Source: a virus (lineage: Duplodnaviria > Caudoviricetes). From it: DNA of 64,000 bases. Positions 1-9,212 of the stretch are shown in pieces (position 1 is the first letter of the stretch; each line of letters starts with the position of its first letter). Under the pieces are notes generated by a model. It was not told the DNA's origin, did not search any database, and worked only from the letters and a program-made list of their open reading frames with translations. The stretch spans positions 31 through 64,030 of the IMG/VR virus record IMGVR_UViG_3300043499_000058; one strand, written 5' to 3'. Position numbers and translations under genes: made by a program.

Positions 1-191
1 CTGGCGTCGGCGTTCAAAAGCGGACGCGTCCGGCGCTTCGCCTTCACGATGCACATGGGCGAGCGGGTGACGCCTCGACGCGAGGAGCAGGCGACGGCGG
101 CGGGGCGCTCGACCCGGACGGCGGGCGCGACTTCGAGCCTCGTCACGCGGTTCGTCAGGAGCGAACGGAGCAGGTTCAGCGGGTTCCTCAT
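1..191 (-). CDS. hypothetical protein, runs off the window edge (MRNPLNLLRS...)
   Basis: ATG at 191 preceded by AAGGAGG and a consensus promoter; frame open to position 1. Confidence 0.65.
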   Translation of the reverse strand, partial: MRNPLNLLRSLLTNRVTRLEVAPAVRVERPAAVACSSRRGVTRSPMCIVKAKRRTRPLLNADA

Positions 192-225
192 GGCAGTACC
201 TCCTTGCCGTAGAATGACAAAGGGG

Positions 226-254
226 ACGGTATCAGCTACCGCCCCCATTGTCAA
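226..254 (-). promoter_or_regulatory. sigma70-type promoter TTGACA-N17-TACCGT (extended -10)
   Basis: perfect -35, 17-nt spacer, TGn-TAnnnT, upstream of SD and ATG; same layout as 1600-1628. Confidence 0.8.
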
Positions 255-274
255 GTACCAATTTGTCACCCGGT

Positions 275-436
275 TCAGTCGTCGCGTTTCTTCACGTCCT
301 TCGGTTTCACATCCTCCTGAAAACCGAAACGATTGCGAACCGTGACCTTCCCCTTCACGTACCGAATGACAGTCGCCGGATGTCCGTCAACCGTCACCTT
401 GTCATCTCGTTTGAACTTCGGGCCTGTCAGGGGCAT
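275..436 (-). CDS. small beta-rich hypothetical protein (53 aa, MPLTGPKFKRDDKVTVDG...)
   Basis: hand translation; start overlaps upstream stop (TAATG) with GGAGG SD. Confidence 0.65.
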   Translation of the reverse strand: MPLTGPKFKRDDKVTVDGHPATVIRYVKGKVTVRNRFGFQEDVKPKDVKKRDD

Positions 437-705
437 TAGCGCCTCCTTTTTTTCAGTAGCTCGCGCGTTTCGTTCACGGCGGCGTACTCCTGCACCGGAT
501 AGGACGGATCGCCGTGAACGTGGAGATTGTCAGTCATGAGAATTCGGGCATCGATCTCGGCGTTGAGCGTCGGCGGGGTTGTCAGTCGTCGCCCGATCCT
601 CATAGCTCGCACCGAGATTCCGATGATGATGAGGATGAACGTAGCCACGATGACAATGAGTCCGAGCCACGCCGCTAGCGTTTCGCTGAGTGTGGGATCG
701 ACCAT
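436..705 (-). CDS. membrane protein
   Basis: one hydrophobic helix (LAAWLGLIVIVATFILIIIGI); GGGAGG SD. Confidence 0.7.
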   Translation of the reverse strand: MVDPTLSETLAAWLGLIVIVATFILIIIGISVRAMRIGRRLTTPPTLNAEIDARILMTDNLHVHGDPSYPVQEYAAVNETRELLKKRRR

Positions 706-723
706 AAGCCTCCCGAGACGGCA

Positions 724-749
724 AAGCCCCCGGCGATTGCCAGGGGCTT
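724..749 (-). terminator. intrinsic terminator-like hairpin
   Basis: AAGCCCCTGGC-AATC-GCCGGGGGCTT then T, directly after the histone-like gene. Confidence 0.65.
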
Positions 750-769
750 CACCCGCTCTCAGTTGTCAG

Positions 770-1552
770 CTACTTGCCGCGCTTGCGGCTGGCGGCGGAC
801 TTCTTGCCGGACTTCTTGGCGGGCTTCTTGGCGCTCGACTTCTTTGCCGGTGCCTTCTTGCCTGCCGACTTCGCCGGGGCGTTCTTGCGGCCTGTGGTGG
901 CCTTGGAGGTACCGCCCGAGCGGGTCGCGCCGTTGTGCTGGCCGGTGTCCTTCACGAAATCGAACTTGACGCGGGAGATGTGCCACCGCAGGAGGGTCTG
1001 AGCGTCGGCCTTGGTGCGCTTGCGGCCGTCCTCCGTCTTGGCATACATCGACTGCGCCTTGTCAGCCAGGAGCGCGTAGACCTTCTCCACGTTCCCCTTC
1101 TTGGAGCGGAGCGCCTTCATGATGACCTGGCGATTTCCACCCGACTGACCGATCCGGCTCTCGGCCGTCCAGTCGATTGATGTGTTGTCGATGGCGACAC
1201 GGCCGACGCCTGCGGGCGCGGCCTTTGTCACCTTGCGACCCTGAGCGGCCGGTCGCTTCGCCGTGCCCGACTTCGCGGACTTGGCAGGTGCCGACTTCGG
1301 GGCCGTCTTGCGCGACGTACCTGCGCTCGACTTCTTGCCTGCGGACTTCTTGCCCGCCGTCTTTGTCACCTTCGAGGTCGCGGCCGACTTGCGGCCGGAC
1401 GTTGCGCCGTTCTTGCTTCCGGCCGTCTTGCCGGAACCCGGCTTCTCGGCCTTCTTGATCGCGGTGCGAAGATCATCCTGAGACATCGCCTTGTAACCCT
1501 CGATGCCGAGGCTCTTGGCCTTCGCGCGAAGCTGAATGCTCTCGTTCGCCAT
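770..1552 (-). CDS. histone H1-like Lys/Ala-rich DNA-binding protein
   Basis: KKSA/KKPAKK repeats around a globular core; Rho-N-like N-terminus (QLRAKAKSLGIEGYKAMSQDDL); own promoter and terminator. Confidence 0.75.
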   Translation of the reverse strand: MANESIQLRAKAKSLGIEGYKAMSQDDLRTAIKKAEKPGSGKTAGSKNGATSGRKSAATSKVTKTAGKKSAGKKSSAGTSRKTAPKSAPAKSAKSGTAKRPAAQGRKVTKAAPAGVGRVAIDNTSIDWTAESRIGQSGGNRQVIMKALRSKKGNVEKVYALLADKAQSMYAKTEDGRKRTKADAQTLLRWHISRVKFDFVKDTGQHNGATRSGGTSKATTGRKNAPAKSAGKKAPAKKSSAKKPAKKSGKKSAASRKRGK

Positions 1553-1599
1553 ATCGATCACCGTCCTTTCGTTTGATTCGGGCCTGAATGACAAGAGGG

Positions 1600-1628
1600 A
1601 CAGTAGCAGCCTCCCGTCACGTTGTCAA
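1600..1628 (-). promoter_or_regulatory. sigma70-type promoter TTGACA-N17-TACTGT (extended -10)
   Basis: perfect -35, 17-nt spacer, TGC-TACTGT. Confidence 0.8.
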
Positions 1629-1637
1629 GAAATTCTT

Positions 1638-2024
1638 TCACTTGCCTGAAATCGGCTTGGAATAGCCCTTTGTGACAACTTCGATAGCTGCCCTCCTGCG
1701 CTCACCCATGAGTGGCGCGAGCTTGTCAAGCAGCGGGAGAATGCCGACCCCACTGATTTTGATGTGGTAGGTGGTCGAATGCTTACGGTTGCGTGGAGTG
1801 ACAATGCTTGCCCTCGACGCGTCCAATAATGCAACCACCTTGTCGGCTATGTCCGCGTCCGTAGTTGTCACCTGAATCATCGGATACATACGTCCCGTCC
1901 GACCACGTTGCAATCGAAAGCAACCCTCACCTTCGAGGTACCCCGCGAGCCAATGCAAATCACGCACCGACAAACGGTGCGCATATGTCCGGCTCGGCCT
2001 TCCTGATCCGGGTCTAGCTGGCAC
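1638..2024 (-). mobile_element. free-standing single-motif LAGLIDADG homing endonuclease
   Basis: WLAGYLEGEGCF motif followed by the typical beta-strand pattern. Confidence 0.85.
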
Positions 2025-2436
2025 TACGCTTTTTCACCCCTCTCTTGGCAGTTGGCCGATCCCTGAACCGGGCCGAGAGAGTCGCCGCACCGCTGTCCAC
2101 GTCGATGTCAGTCACCCAAAGCTTCACCGGCTCGATGGCCCCGCTGTCCAGCTTGGGCGCGAGCAGCGAGGCCAGACCTACGCGTTGCCCCTCCTCCTCG
2201 TCTAGCCGGTTCGAGATGTAGCCAAAGTGAGCGCCGCGAAGTTTTGTCAGTTTCATGGTGCCCGCGATCACGACTTTGATCGCGTCCGAGTCGAACCGAT
2301 TGTCAGGCTCGCGCTCAAGCGTCACCGGGAACGGAACCCACCCCGGCATCATTGCGATCACGTCACGCTTCCAGCGGAAATTCAGTCCGACGACTGATAG
2401 CTCGACCGACCACGTGCGTCCGGGCTTCTTGGCCAT
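2014..2436 (-). CDS. HIRAN domain protein
   Basis: VVGLNFR...LEREPDNRFDSDAIKV...GYI...LAPKLD. Confidence 0.85.
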   Translation of the reverse strand: MAKKPGRTWSVELSVVGLNFRWKRDVIAMMPGWVPFPVTLEREPDNRFDSDAIKVVIAGTMKLTKLRGAHFGYISNRLDEEEGQRVGLASLLAPKLDSGAIEPVKLWVTDIDVDSGAATLSARFRDRPTAKRGVKKRSAS

Positions 2437-2438
2437 TG

Positions 2439-2771
2439 TCAGACCACTACCTGCGTCTCGTCACCGGGATCACAATTTGTCAGGTATGGCAGCATCTTCC
2501 GCGCGTTCTCCGCTTCCCACCTACCAGCATGACCATCCCAGGTAGCAAGCTCGCCGCATCGACACAGCCCTTCTGTTTCGTCCAGCGCGGCTTCGGTGAT
2601 GTCAGCGGACAGGCCAATTGTCCCATCCGCCCATGAGACAGGATTTCCCGCGTTTGTCACGTAGATCCCGATACCGTCTGAGTCTAGTTCTTCTATCACT
2701 CGAACGATAACGCCGTCAGCATGATCGGGGTTTGCGCTGCAAACGAAACGCCCTGCAATGTCTGTGTCCAT
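2439..2771 (-). CDS. hypothetical protein
   Basis: ORF with GGAGG SD, packed in the operon. Confidence 0.65.
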   Translation of the reverse strand: MDTDIAGRFVCSANPDHADGVIVRVIEELDSDGIGIYVTNAGNPVSWADGTIGLSADITEAALDETEGLCRCGELATWDGHAGRWEAENARKMLPYLTNCDPGDETQVVV

Positions 2772-2831
2772 GTGAACCTCCCTTGCTCGGAAACTGACCT
2801 AGGGTCAATTTAGCAGCTTTGTCAGTTTGTG

Positions 2832-3002
2832 TCAAACCGGCTTGCGCTTGGGCTTCGGCGGGCCGGGAACGTAGGGCTTGTCCGAGGGGCGCGCGTTCTC
2901 GACGCACTCCTCGATCTCCTCCTCAGTCATACCGATCTCGAATGCGTTTTCAAGCGCCGAAAGCAACTTGCTATATGCCTCGGCCCATTTGTCATCTTCC
3001 AT
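2832..3002 (-). CDS. small hypothetical protein (MEDDKW...)
   Basis: ATG after GGAGGG, coupled to the upstream stop. Confidence 0.6.
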   Translation of the reverse strand: MEDDKWAEAYSKLLSALENAFEIGMTEEEIEECVENARPSDKPYVPGPPKPKRKPV

Positions 3003-3003
3003 G

Positions 3004-3135
3004 TCATCCCTCCTGTTCCTCATCAAGACACTCGAAGCAAGACGGCATCTCTGAGTCGCCATTGCGCTCATTGTCAGCTATCTCCTCCTCGGACAATTCG
3101 TCACCGCAGTAGCAGCACACTTCCATCTCATCCAT
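3004..3135 (-). CDS. small Zn-finger-like protein (43 aa, CCYC...CFEC)
   Basis: hand translation; two CxxC pairs; fills the gap exactly. Confidence 0.6.
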   Translation of the reverse strand: MDEMEVCCYCGDELSEEEIADNERNGDSEMPSCFECLDEEQEG

Positions 3136-3138
3136 TTG

Positions 3139-3465
3139 TCAGTCCTCCTCGTTGGATGGCCACAACGTTACGCGTGAAAAATGCTGCTGGTTCATCGTGA
3201 AGCTATGCAAGCTAATCTTGGCATCGTGAACCTCGGCCACCTGGCGGATGATCTCGAACCGAACATGATCGATGTCCTCACTGTCAATGACCACTCGCTG
3301 AAAAAAGTGGCCATCGCCTGAAATCTGCGTGGACTCGATCCACAACGCCGACTCCCCGGCGTCGTGCAAATCCCTGACAAGCGCCGTCGCGTTATTTTGA
3401 CGGATGCGGCGCTCCTCCTCCATCGTGGCCTGCTTCTCCTCCGGTGTCCTACGATCCATTGGCAT
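3139..3465 (-). CDS. hypothetical protein
   Basis: ORF coupled to upstream stop via TGA-CA-ATG. Confidence 0.65.
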   Translation of the reverse strand: MPMDRRTPEEKQATMEEERRIRQNNATALVRDLHDAGESALWIESTQISGDGHFFQRVVIDSEDIDHVRFEIIRQVAEVHDAKISLHSFTMNQQHFSRVTLWPSNEED

Positions 3466-3467
3466 TG

Positions 3468-3767
3468 TCACCCCCCTGACTTCCGGGGTCTACCCGGACG
3501 TAGCGTTTTCAAAATCCCAACGATCTCCCTGACATGGGCGGGCGAATAAAGTCTGATTGACAATTCGCCTAGCTCATGGCGCGCAGCCTCGGGGATTGTG
3601 CCCCGGCGTTCGAGCTTGCGCAACCAGGACTCGTCCTTACCAGTCAAGACTGACAATTCTCCGAGCGTAAGGTAGTGCATGAACTTGGCGGGCTTCATGT
3701 GCCCAACCTTGATCTCGCTCGGCGGCGTGACAACCCCGCGTCCACCCCTAGCCGTCTTTCGCGCCAT
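3468..3767 (-). CDS. MerR-like HTH DNA-binding protein
   Basis: LTLGELSVLTGKDESWLRKLERRGTIP...RLYS. Confidence 0.8.
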   Translation of the reverse strand: MARKTARGGRGVVTPPSEIKVGHMKPAKFMHYLTLGELSVLTGKDESWLRKLERRGTIPEAARHELGELSIRLYSPAHVREIVGILKTLRPGRPRKSGG

Positions 3768-4066
3768 GACGTAGCTCCCTCGCTCTCCGGTTGTGTTCAG
3801 CCATGTAGCGAACGCAGTCGAGTCTCCGCTTCTGAATTCGAGCCTGCTTCTTTGTCAGGCGTTGATGCGTTTTCCAGAGCCGACCGGCGAACCACGAATG
3901 GAATCGAGCGCGGATCACTTCTTGCCCGCTCTATGACTTGACAATTCAGACAGGGCCAAAAGCGCAAACCAAACACCCGGCCCAATCAAGTACCCATCGC
4001 CTTCGTCAACGCCAACCCCAAACAGGATTGATGAAAGCGCGCCCCAAAGATAGAAGCTCGGCGTTT

Positions 4067-4627
4067 TCACTTTGACCCCTTTCGCTTCTTGGGCTTGGGC
4101 GCTTCTGCCACCGTCTCGCGTGACAATTGCTGACGTAGCGCCTGCTCCTCGGCGCGAGCGGCGTCGGCGTCCTGGCCCTCCTTGTATGGATACCGCTGGA
4201 TGTACGCGGCCTTCGGCTTGGACTCCAACGCGTCCTCGATCAGTTTGTCCTTGATCACGCCCTTTTTCACCAAGTCATCGATCTTGTTGGGATCGACCAC
4301 CTGCTTTGTCACCTTGAGCCAGAGCGACTTCGGAAGCAACTTCTTGAGCCGGTCAGGATTCCACGTGGTTGTATGACCCCTGATCACGGTGATCTTGTAG
4401 GTGTCCCTGAAAACGTGCTTGACATCATTCGCTGACATGAACTTGGTGATCGCGGCGTTCAAACCCCCGACCTCCTCTTTCATTGTCATGTAGTCGTACT
4501 GCTCCTCCATGTCGCGCTCGATGTCCTCGATGTCCGACTCACGTTGCTCGACCATCTCGACGGCCGCTTGCAAGTCTTTGCCGGATTCGATGAGCCACGT
4601 CCCGTCTTTTAGCTGCTTGACTGACAT
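4067..4627 (-). CDS. Mu Gam/Gp157-like coiled-coil protein
   Basis: N-terminal coiled coil; ...LKVTKQVVDPNKIDDLVKKG pattern. Confidence 0.5.
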   Translation of the reverse strand: MSVKQLKDGTWLIESGKDLQAAVEMVEQRESDIEDIERDMEEQYDYMTMKEEVGGLNAAITKFMSANDVKHVFRDTYKITVIRGHTTTWNPDRLKKLLPKSLWLKVTKQVVDPNKIDDLVKKGVIKDKLIEDALESKPKAAYIQRYPYKEGQDADAARAEEQALRQQLSRETVAEAPKPKKRKGSK

Positions 4628-5966
4628 AGTGTACCTCCTCGTTTTTCAGTTTCATGACTTTGATCCCGAGCTTCTTGTACGTCTCCTTGCGCTCCATCCA
4701 ATGTTTCCGCAGGATCGACACGGTGTCGTCCACCATGTCAATGATCGCCGCATCGGTTTTGTCATCGTGCGGTCGCAGGGCGCGGCCGATCTGCTGGATG
4801 ATCCGGCCATCGTGCTTGCCGATCCAGGCCAGGATCACGCGTGACAAAATCGGAACGTCCAGCGCCTCGTCCGCTAGCTGTGTGGCCAGGAGACACCGAA
4901 TCTCACCGGCGCGAAACTGCTCCATGATCTGCTTGCGCCTCGGGCGCGGCACCTTGCCTGTCAAGATGACAACACCACCCATGATGTCCTCGTCCAACAG
5001 CGCCATCTGATCGTAGATATTTGTCAGGTGCTTTACGCGTCGGGAGAGAACGAGGGTACTGTGACCCTTTGTCACCTGCCGTACCGCCGTCTCCGCGATC
5101 AGTCGGTTGCGCGCCGGGTCGCGTTCCATCGCAGCCTGCAACCGCATCCAATCGTAGTGACCCCGGTATGGGAACTTGAATCCAGTTTTCAGGGGTACCA
5201 CCCTGACAGGGATTGGCGAGGAAAATTTCTGGCGATAGATGACCGGCCCGAGCAGGTGCGCCATAAACGGTTGCATTCCATCAGCGCGGCTTTCAGTCGC
5301 CGTGAACCCGAGCCGGTATCGAGCAGGGCATGCATTCAGGATTAGCTCCCACGTCTCAGCCGGTGCGTGGTGCGCCTCGTCCACAACCACCCCGCCGAAT
5401 TTGTCAGCGAAGTCACGGCGGAATGTGCCCAAGTTCTGACCCACGGTCTGCACCATCGCAATTGTCACGTCCTTGACCTCCCACCGTGGCCCCTGGATCA
5501 TTCCGATCTCGGCGTTCGGAATCGCCTTCTGCGCGTACTCGACCCACTGATTGAAAATGTCCTCCGTGTGGACAAACACGATCCACGGAGTTTTCACCTT
5601 GGCGATGACTGCGAGCGCCACCTGAGTCTTGCCGAACCCTGGCTGTGCGATCACAAGCCCCTGCTCCTCGTCTAGCGCCGCCTGTGCCGCCTCCTGCTGC
5701 CCTGTACGGCCCTCAGCGCCGAGAATCGGTAGAAAGTTCAGCTTGCGCGCTCGACGTGGCAGAACGCGCTGATCGACGTAGCGCACGTGGTCAGGCAGGA
5801 GGTTCCACGCTCCCCGAGGAATCCGAACCCTTGCGCCTGACAACCGTTTGTACGTCTTGACTTCCTGTTGCTTGGCATCGAAGAAGGTCAGCTTGGAGAA
5901 CAAGCGCACCCACTCACGCTCTGACAATTCAGAAGCTTGCAGGATGATGGTGGACTTGACAATCAT
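4539..5966 (-). CDS. SF2 DEAH-box helicase
   Basis: PGFGKT, VVDEAHH, TAT, QQIGRALR motifs. Confidence 0.93.
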   Translation of the reverse strand: MIVKSTIILQASELSEREWVRLFSKLTFFDAKQQEVKTYKRLSGARVRIPRGAWNLLPDHVRYVDQRVLPRRARKLNFLPILGAEGRTGQQEAAQAALDEEQGLVIAQPGFGKTQVALAVIAKVKTPWIVFVHTEDIFNQWVEYAQKAIPNAEIGMIQGPRWEVKDVTIAMVQTVGQNLGTFRRDFADKFGGVVVDEAHHAPAETWELILNACPARYRLGFTATESRADGMQPFMAHLLGPVIYRQKFSSPIPVRVVPLKTGFKFPYRGHYDWMRLQAAMERDPARNRLIAETAVRQVTKGHSTLVLSRRVKHLTNIYDQMALLDEDIMGGVVILTGKVPRPRRKQIMEQFRAGEIRCLLATQLADEALDVPILSRVILAWIGKHDGRIIQQIGRALRPHDDKTDAAIIDMVDDTVSILRKHWMERKETYKKLGIKVMKLKNEEVHYVSQAAKRRDVAHRIRQRLASGRRDGRAT

Positions 5967-6299
5967 GGGAGATAGCTCTGAGGGTTATCACAATGGCGAT
6001 GTTCGATCTCGCTCTTGACAAATCGATACTTGTCATGGCGAAGAATCGGCTTTTTGCATTTACGACAAATGCGACGATCTTTGTCATCCTTCTTGTATGG
6101 GCGCAAGCAGGTCGGGCAAATACGCTCGTCAGTCATGCGGGCCTCGCAATCTGCTTCGATCCGGCTACGGCGGTATGTCCCGACTCGTCGCGCCAGTCCT
6201 TGAGCGCCGCCGCCTTCGAGCCTGCCCGCCTGACAGCAATCAACGCTTCCGAGCCATTCGGCCGGACGGAGATGATGTGGTAGACAGCGGCGCTCTTTT

Positions 6300-6509
6300 T
6301 CATGTGAGCTTCTTACGTGGCTTGTTGGGCACCATCTGACGCAACGCGTACAGCGCATCGGTGTCGATCCGCTCGCCTACCACGACCACGTTGCGGACGC
6401 GGTTCTCCAACAGCCTCAGCCGATTATGTGTCTTTTTCAGGGAACGCCGATAGCTCGCCGCCTCACCTGTGCGACGAGCTAAAAGGGTTTCCATGTCTGC
6501 CTTTTTCAT
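6300..6509 (-). CDS. hypothetical protein
   Basis: ATGA-coupled ORF. Confidence 0.55.
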   Translation of the reverse strand: MKKADMETLLARRTGEAASYRRSLKKTHNRLRLLENRVRNVVVVGERIDTDALYALRQMVPNKPRKKLT

Positions 6510-6772
6510 GCGGGCCTCATGATCTTCACCAAAGCGTTGCGACCCCCGGTGAAAATCTTGTGCCGGGAACCGCGCTTGACAAGCAAACAGACGTGGTGGT
6601 CAGGGTCGATCCAGTTGGGCGCGGCACCCTCATGGTCGCCGTCTCTGTCCTTCCACTTGACAACCTCGTTGGCTTCGAGCGGGCGCACGACGACCCACCA
6701 CCGGCCGACACCGCCGTCCTCGATCTGATCCTTGGCACGTAGGGCGTGAAGCCTGACTGTCCGCTTACGCAT
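6506..6772 (-). CDS. hypothetical protein
   Basis: ORF coupled via TGA-CA-ATG. Confidence 0.6.
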   Translation of the reverse strand: MRKRTVRLHALRAKDQIEDGGVGRWWVVVRPLEANEVVKWKDRDGDHEGAAPNWIDPDHHVCLLVKRGSRHKIFTGGRNALVKIMRPA

Positions 6773-6774
6773 TG

Positions 6775-6960
6775 TCATCGTGCCGTCGCCTTTTCGAGAT
6801 CAGAGTAGCGGAAGCTTGCCTCACCGTTTGTCACCTTGACGTAGGTGGCGATCAACCGACCCCGCAACGATGGCCACGGCCACGTGATCTCGTCGCCGTA
6901 GACAGTCACAGACGGACGGAGATCGAGCGACTTGATCAGTGGAATTGTCAGATCATGCAT
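6775..6960 (-). CDS. hypothetical protein
   Basis: coupled ORF. Confidence 0.55.
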   Translation of the reverse strand: MHDLTIPLIKSLDLRPSVTVYGDEITWPWPSLRGRLIATYVKVTNGEASFRYSDLEKATAR

Positions 6961-7645
6961 CTTGAAGCTCCCGGCGATTCATGATGTAGCTGACAACGCG
7001 TTTGACCTGGGCATCGTTCAGTGGATCGAGGATGTTCTTGATCGCGGCGATGGCATCGATCTCGGGGTCGCCCGTTGACAATCCTGGGACGACAGGGTGG
7101 AAACCTTCGAGCCAGGTACCGCCCCCCGATGGCTGCCCCTTCATGAGCGCGTGGTCGATGACAACGACCTCAGCCTCTTGCACAGCGGCAGGTAGTGACG
7201 CTATTGCGCGCTGCTCGCGGAAGCGACCGGCCTCCTTGCGCTCCTCCTGCCCAAGCGAGTCCTCGTCGTCGGCCGCGATCTCCACAGCCTGTAGCTCACG
7301 CAGGTAAGCCCGGAACGTCGGCAACCATGCCTCGATCAAATCCCACGCCGCCATGCGACCGAAGCTGCGCCGGTCAACGCATGTGCGGTACAGGTAATTT
7401 GTCACCGCACTTGCGTCTTTCCACTTCATGCCTTTGTCAGTCCACAGTTCGTTGGCATCGACGTACTCCCACAGATGCTTGCCAGCCAAACCATGTGGTG
7501 ACAAATGATTCTTGCCGCCGTGACCTTTGACGTGGACACCGGCAGGCGGATGAAGCTCGATGTGCCGGATGAGACGCTGCACCTGCTTGATCAGCGGAAG
7601 GGCGCGGCGTCCGAGTGCCGTGTTTTCAGTCCGTGTTGCTCCCAT
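6953..7645 (-). CDS. hypothetical protein (MGATRTEN...), first gene after a promoter
   Basis: AAGGAGG SD before ATG 7645. Confidence 0.75.
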   Translation of the reverse strand: MGATRTENTALGRRALPLIKQVQRLIRHIELHPPAGVHVKGHGGKNHLSPHGLAGKHLWEYVDANELWTDKGMKWKDASAVTNYLYRTCVDRRSFGRMAAWDLIEAWLPTFRAYLRELQAVEIAADDEDSLGQEERKEAGRFREQRAIASLPAAVQEAEVVVIDHALMKGQPSGGGTWLEGFHPVVPGLSTGDPEIDAIAAIKNILDPLNDAQVKRVVSYIMNRRELQDA

Positions 7646-7683
7646 AGTGGTACCTCCTTCGTTCGGTGATTCGGGCATGTGCG

Positions 7684-7712
7684 AGTTTACCAGCCCTGGG
7701 TCAATTACGCAA
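7684..7712 (-). promoter_or_regulatory. promoter TTGCGT-N17-TAAACT
   Basis: 17-nt spacer containing CCCAGGGCTG, shared with 11270-11298. Confidence 0.7.
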
Positions 7713-8100
7713 GTTCCTCCTCCCGAGTGGTTTCTCGGCGCGTCTGCCACCCTTTGCGAGCAGTATGCGAGCCGAGGTTTCCCTGTTGCCATTGATCATT
7801 GCAATGGCGAGTCCGATGTTCACCTACCTGCTTGACAATCAGGTTCACCCTTTGGTTGTCCAGTTTGTTTTCATTGTCATGATCTACCTGCTTGCGATCT
7901 CCCGGTTTCAGACCAGCAACTTGCCGATGCATGTAGACCTTCCGATATTTGTCAGGACTGACCTTCTGATTCCGCACCGCGTAGCCCGTTGAGGAATCAA
8001 GAAACCATCGATGAACTGACAATTCTGGATACAGCGAGTCATCAACCATCGCGTACCCTGTCACTGTTCCGCCTCGTCCATTCAGCGCGATCCTACGCAA
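7705..8100 (-). mobile_element. HNH homing endonuclease
   Basis: YMHRQVAG...QVDHDNENKLDNQRVNL. Confidence 0.88.
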
Positions 8101-8776
8101 CCTCGTCCTCCCTTGTCTGAAAAGTCCAGTTCATGATCCCGAGCGCGTCGTAGCAGTCGTCCGGCTGTCTCGGCTTGGCTTTGGTTTTGTCATGCAATGG
8201 GATCAGACCGCGAGTCTTGTGGTCATAGAGATCAGGACGCTCCTCGACGGCATAGCTGAACATCGCCCACTTCTTGACATCCCATTTGGTGAAGTCCTTG
8301 TTGAGTTTTTTGTCAAGGTCGCGGGCTACCAACACTCGCCACGACTGCGCGTTGACATCGTAGACGCGCGTGTACCCGTACCTGACAAGCCCTCCCCGAA
8401 AGGCGCCACAAACTTCGGCCTGCTGACGTAGCCAGCCCGACTCTGCTCGCCTGACAATGCCGGCGGGCCATGACTCCTCGACACCGATCCAGATGTTGTC
8501 AGCCGGGATGGACATAGGGCCACACGCAGCGATGAGGCTATGGATGAAGTCCGCTGCCCTGACAGCCTGCGCGAGCCGGTCAAGGAAGTGGACATCGCGC
8601 TCCCACCTGACTGAAAACAAACCAGGGCCGCGCATGGTGTCGATCAGCGAGTCGTAGACCATCATCGCACCGGACATGGACGTGACCGAGACATCAATCC
8701 CGGCCACCGCCCATGAGTTTTCAGCGGCGCGACGAACCTTCGCCACCTTCGCTTTGTGCGCCGACTTTCTGGCCAC
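8093..8776 (-). CDS. RuvC-like Holliday junction resolvase / RNase H-fold nuclease
   Basis: VAGIDVS...IGVEE...SWR...K..VK...DDCYDALGI. Confidence 0.75.
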   Translation of the reverse strand: MARKSAHKAKVAKVRRAAENSWAVAGIDVSVTSMSGAMMVYDSLIDTMRGPGLFSVRWERDVHFLDRLAQAVRAADFIHSLIAACGPMSIPADNIWIGVEESWPAGIVRRAESGWLRQQAEVCGAFRGGLVRYGYTRVYDVNAQSWRVLVARDLDKKLNKDFTKWDVKKWAMFSYAVEERPDLYDHKTRGLIPLHDKTKAKPRQPDDCYDALGIMNWTFQTREDEVA

Positions 8777-9060
8777 TAGAACGAGCCTCCGTTTCCATCG
8801 AGCAAGTGGATCTCCCACGCCTTGAAAAAAGCATTGAGGGTGTTGACAAGCTGCTGACTGATCCACTTCGTCTTGGTTCGGAACGGAAGGTAGACACCCC
8901 TGGCAGTTCGCCGCCACTGTTTGTCACCCACTTGCGCGTAGTAGATGCTGGCGATCTCCACCTGCCAGCCGCGCTCGCTCCATGCGACCCGCGCTTTCAC
9001 CCGAGTACCTTCCCAAGCTCGACGCTTGACAACAGGGCCACGTTCGCTGAAGCCACTCAT
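8776..9060 (-). CDS. hypothetical protein
   Basis: coupled ORF. Confidence 0.6.
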   Translation of the reverse strand: MSGFSERGPVVKRRAWEGTRVKARVAWSERGWQVEIASIYYAQVGDKQWRRTARGVYLPFRTKTKWISQQLVNTLNAFFKAWEIHLLDGNGGSF

Positions 9061-9212
9061 GACGCCTCCTCGATACGTGTGACTTCAAGATCCTCGTACT
9101 CGACGTACCGCCACTCGATGAGCGCGGCCTCTTTAGCCTCCTCCTCGTTGTCAGCCTCGACCTCGAAGGACGAGCGAATCGTCCCTTCGATTGTTCCCTT
9201 GAAGGTTGTCAT
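9057..9212 (-). CDS. small acidic protein (MTTFKGTIEG...FEVEADNEEEAKEAA)
   Basis: hand translation; ATGA-coupled at both ends. Confidence 0.65.
   Translation of the reverse strand: MTTFKGTIEGTIRSSFEVEADNEEEAKEAALIEWRYVEYEDLEVTRIEEAS

Noticed and set aside
1620-2080. Terminus duplication at the LAGLIDADG after the HIRAN gene
   Set aside because: Only a weak GCCCGGTTCAGG versus GCCGATTTCAGG resemblance, not distinguishable from chance
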